The notes under the pieces were generated by a model. The model was not told where the DNA came from, did no database searches, and saw only the letters and a program-made list of their open reading frames with translations. From contig OZ249436.1 in the NCBI GenBank assembly GCA_965235115.1, positions 25,980,001 through 26,044,000 on the forward strand: 64,000 bases of DNA. The letters run 5' to 3'. Numbering within the stretch: position 1 is the first letter of the stretch; every line of letters starts with the position of its first letter. Shown in pieces: positions 60,588-64,000 of the stretch. The position numbers and the translations under genes were made by a program. The DNA comes from Laetmonice hystrix. Lineage: Eukaryota.

Positions 60588-63500
60588 TCATTTCTTGGTA
60601 GATAACAAACATGGCAAGAAATGCTCAAAATAAAAGGCATCAATATTTTCTTTCATATCTGCAAAGAAAGCTTCATCAACATTAATTTTTTCAATTATGA
60701 AATCTTCTTCACAGTAAACCATAAAGTCACACCAAGTGAATCCTGTAATGCCTAACTGTCCCATTATTTGGTAGTAGTACTCATGAGTGTGTTTTAATGT
60801 GTACTCCCCATTCTGTCTTTGCTTCAAATATTTACAATCTTTATAGGTGTTGTTCCCAGGACACTTTATCTCAAGAAGCCCCCACTTTTGGTCATCTGCA
60901 GCAGATGGATCATATACGAGACGATCAGGAGAGCATCCCAAATGACAAGCTGTGGGATTTATAACAAAGCCAATGCTGTACACATTCACTCCCTTGTTTC
61001 TGGCGTAAACTTCTGCAGCTGTAGGTTCAAGTTCTAGCCCTCTTCTCATCAAACTGGTTTGCACAGTTTTGCCTGTTATCAGTCTTTGAGCCAGAGATTT
61101 AAAGTCTCCACGTCTACAGCAAATCTGTTTGAATTTTGATGCAGTTAGACGTGACTCGCGAAGTTTTTTCCACTCAGGGCAAGCACTCTGTGTACGGGTT
61201 GAAAGTTCGTAATCTGATGACTCGAGCAATGAGCATGAAAGCCCATCATACAATGACTGAAGTTCATCCGTGAGGGTAGACACATCGTAAATCATAGGAA
61301 GAACAGGTCTCGGGCAAGGTGGTCGACTGGGGGCATCAGCTACCATTAGTATACGGTCTCCTGGGGTGGTTATCTGCTGCTGATGAGCAAGCGTAGAGCC
61401 AAATGGGACTGGACCAATCTCACTTGGAACAGCTACAGGCCAGTTATCCGGAAGTAGCTGCAAAATCTGGGGCTGTACAGCCTGTGTAGACATCATGCGC
61501 GATATTTTACCAGCAAAGTTCCTCGAGACGTCATAAATCGGTTCTCTGATAGGGTTATACAGCGTAGATGTAATTCCTGAGATAAAAAGAAAATATTAAA
61601 AGACTATGAACAATTTTTACAACATACAATGTTACAATTGCAACAATATTTATCCACTTGGGTAAAAAAACAGAAATCAAGTTTCACATGTTTTTAGCCC
61701 CAACCCCCTCGGGTTGTGGGGTAACAAGAACTGTTAGAAGCTAGAGGATGTGGTTAACCAATATTCTGGGGCTCACCTGCGCTAGATAATACATGATAAA
61801 ATTCAATGAAAATATGATGTAAAACTTATTTCATATTTAATTCTTGAAAGGTTCTTGAATTAACAAAAAATTGTTAATCAAAACAGTTTAATCAAGTTAA
61901 CCACAAAAAGGAATTTAAAATCAAATAATGCTTTAATTTATGTTTATTGTTTTGTATTTGAAAAACAATTCTCACCAGTGACAATTCTTTTCTTCTTGAC
62001 TCTTGGTGCACTGCTTGAGGTAGGTGGCTTGACCTTAAGGACTGACATGTCTGATATTGGTACTGGCTTAATTCCATGAGTTCTTGGGGGAATGTGCCAT
62101 TGCTGTGGAGCCGATGTTTTTGATGTGATGGGGGGAACAACTTTCAGTCCTAGGTTTTGGTAGTGCACCAGTTGATAAAGAAGAGCAAGAGCGTGATTGC
62201 ACACTCCTTTACCTGCAGTGCAGGAGCAGTGACATGTGATGTCCATATCATCAATGAAGTGTAGCTGAAAGCAAAAGAAGATTATTTAGTTCTTACTGTA
62301 TGTGCATCAATATATTATCAATCATAACATCGTGCAAAATATGATAAATTCGTCTCTCACTAAAGTAAAGGGTTGAAGGCCTACATAGGTCTGTTTCTTT
62401 CATAAATGTAATGACTACACCTGTGATACCGATCTCAGGTTCCCGCTTCTGTCCCCCAGAGGATAATGCCAAGGCTGTGTTTAAAATCTGGTATTTTTTT
62501 ATTATTTAAATACGGTATACAACAAATGTTATCTTACCTCATAAACAGATTAACACCTCATAGTCATAGGAACTCCTTTCCTAAGGAAAAAGCAAAAACT
62601 TTAAAAAAACTGCAAGTTCAACATTCAGGAATTACTGAATTAGTAATATATATGCAAAACGCCAACGGTGAAAAAGAGTACTGTAACTAAAACAATAATA
62701 ACACAATGTTAAAGACAAACTTGAAAAATTACCTGCAGGTCCTTTGGTGGGTCATTTTTTTTCATTGAGGGGTAACACTGTGCTCTTACCTCCACCTGAC
62801 TGCCACTCTTTACTGCGCATAAAATGTAGAGAAATGTATTAGTTTTATTGCATACATTGTGTAGGCCCTATAGTACAGTTATTCCTTTCTTAGCACATTA
62901 TCATGTTATAATATCTAATTATCAAAAGACTTATATTATAATCTTTTTTTTATTTCCCACTGGCCCTGTACTATAGTATAGTATCGTATAGCTGACCCAA
63001 GACAAATCTGTCAAAACTGACATAGGCTAGGGCCGACTTAGACAATGAAAATATTTGTTTATCATCAATTTAAGTTTATAGTCTACGAGTATGATCTGGA
63101 TTGATAACTATGAATGATTATGAATGGGTTCTTATGAATGACATTACAACACCACATATATGCCTGGGCCAGACTTGGTCTAGCCTAAGTTTGGTAGCCT
63201 AATTAAGTTCAGCCTTCAGGTGACTGTTGCAGGAGCCCGTTTCACTGACACCCTAAATTCCTAATCAAATGCCCTAATTTGTAAACGGTAACATCCCGAC
63301 TTGTTGACACCATGCACTCAAAACAAGTCAACTGTCAAGTGTTTCACTTTCACTAAAAAAAATGTCTCTCCTTGGAATTCAATGGCAATGTTAGGCCTAA
63401 TTGCAAGGATCGACATTTTTTTTGAAACGGTATGTCTCAATCAGAATCTTGGATGTCCCCACTAGGCCTACTTGACTTGTTGGGATGTCCTTGCTTGGTG

Positions 63501-64000
63501 AAACCTAAACTAAAGCAGGCAAAGCTGGCGTAGGCCCTACGGTCATTCCGACCATCCCCCGGGCCCGGCGGCGCAACACTGCCGCCAACGCAACAGTACG
63601 TCGAGCGGTAGCCTACTCTAGTCCTGGCCCCGGTCATGGCTAAACCTCTATGTCTACGAATAGGATTACCGAAAACAAATGTTGGAAAAAAAACCAGTTT
63701 AGGCATAATCTTATTCTAACTCACTTTTAAAAACTCACTGGCACATCCACTAGCACACTAACGTAGATCTAGTCGTGACAGAGTCGTGGACGTAGGGGTC
63801 AGTGATCGTAATCTACTTCAACAGTTCAAGCATTGCTTACCTTCTACGTTGTGAACATATGATCCAGAAAAAAACGCATCTATATAGCCTCTTGTCTGCA
63901 ACTTCTTTGGCACCTTGGCCTTTTCGTTGGCCCATTTCTCAATGAAGGAATGGGACAACGGAGGAACTTTTGACAAATTCCTTGTCCACACCGTCGGCAC
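60588..64000 (-). CDS. Copy-2 SWIM-YqaJ exonuclease (start just beyond the window edge)
   Basis: Same exon structure as copy 1 at offset 6994; one visible amino-acid difference (SDYK vs SDYE); no disruption seen. Confidence 0.85.

Larger units (their letters stand above)
57097..64000. mobile_element. ISL2EU-type transposon, tandem copy 2 (runs off the window)
   Basis: Near-identical repeat of copy 1 at an offset of 6990-6994 bp. Confidence 0.9.

Overview
Eukaryotic, animal-like DNA with GT-AG introns, made almost entirely of nested transposable elements; I found no convincing host gene. (1) 1-11 kb: head-to-tail tandem array of a 3.5-5 kb non-autonomous Helentron-type (HINE/DINE-1-like) element, each copy with its own private MITE insertion. 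(2) 11-13.5 kb: 5'-truncated, frameshifted CR1/L2-group LINE. (3) 13.5-16.7 kb: more HINEs, one with a ~145-bp satellite and one with two tRNA-like Pol III cassettes. (4) 19-22.8 kb: non-autonomous TIR elements. (5) 23.4-28.3 kb: apparently intact DIRS1-type tyrosine-recombinase retrotransposon whose gag and YR share one stop-free frame. (6) 30.2-48.8 kb: a Harbinger-type MITE split by a 3-kb AT-TSD element and by a 15-kb autonomous PIF/Harbinger element. Its 6-exon transposase and 7-exon Myb/SANT gene both splice into intact ORFs, and its introns hold further TEs, including a KolobokP-like element with long terminal direct repeats and a His-Cys box nuclease. (7) 50.1-64 kb: near-identical tandem dimer (~6.99 kb period) of an ISL2EU-type transposon encoding a THAP-DDE transposase and a SWIM-YqaJ/lambda-type exonuclease. 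At the junction the inverted ends abut, placing two divergent start codons ~170 bp apart. Exon structures and element boundaries were derived by eye; family names rest on motif recognition, not database searches.
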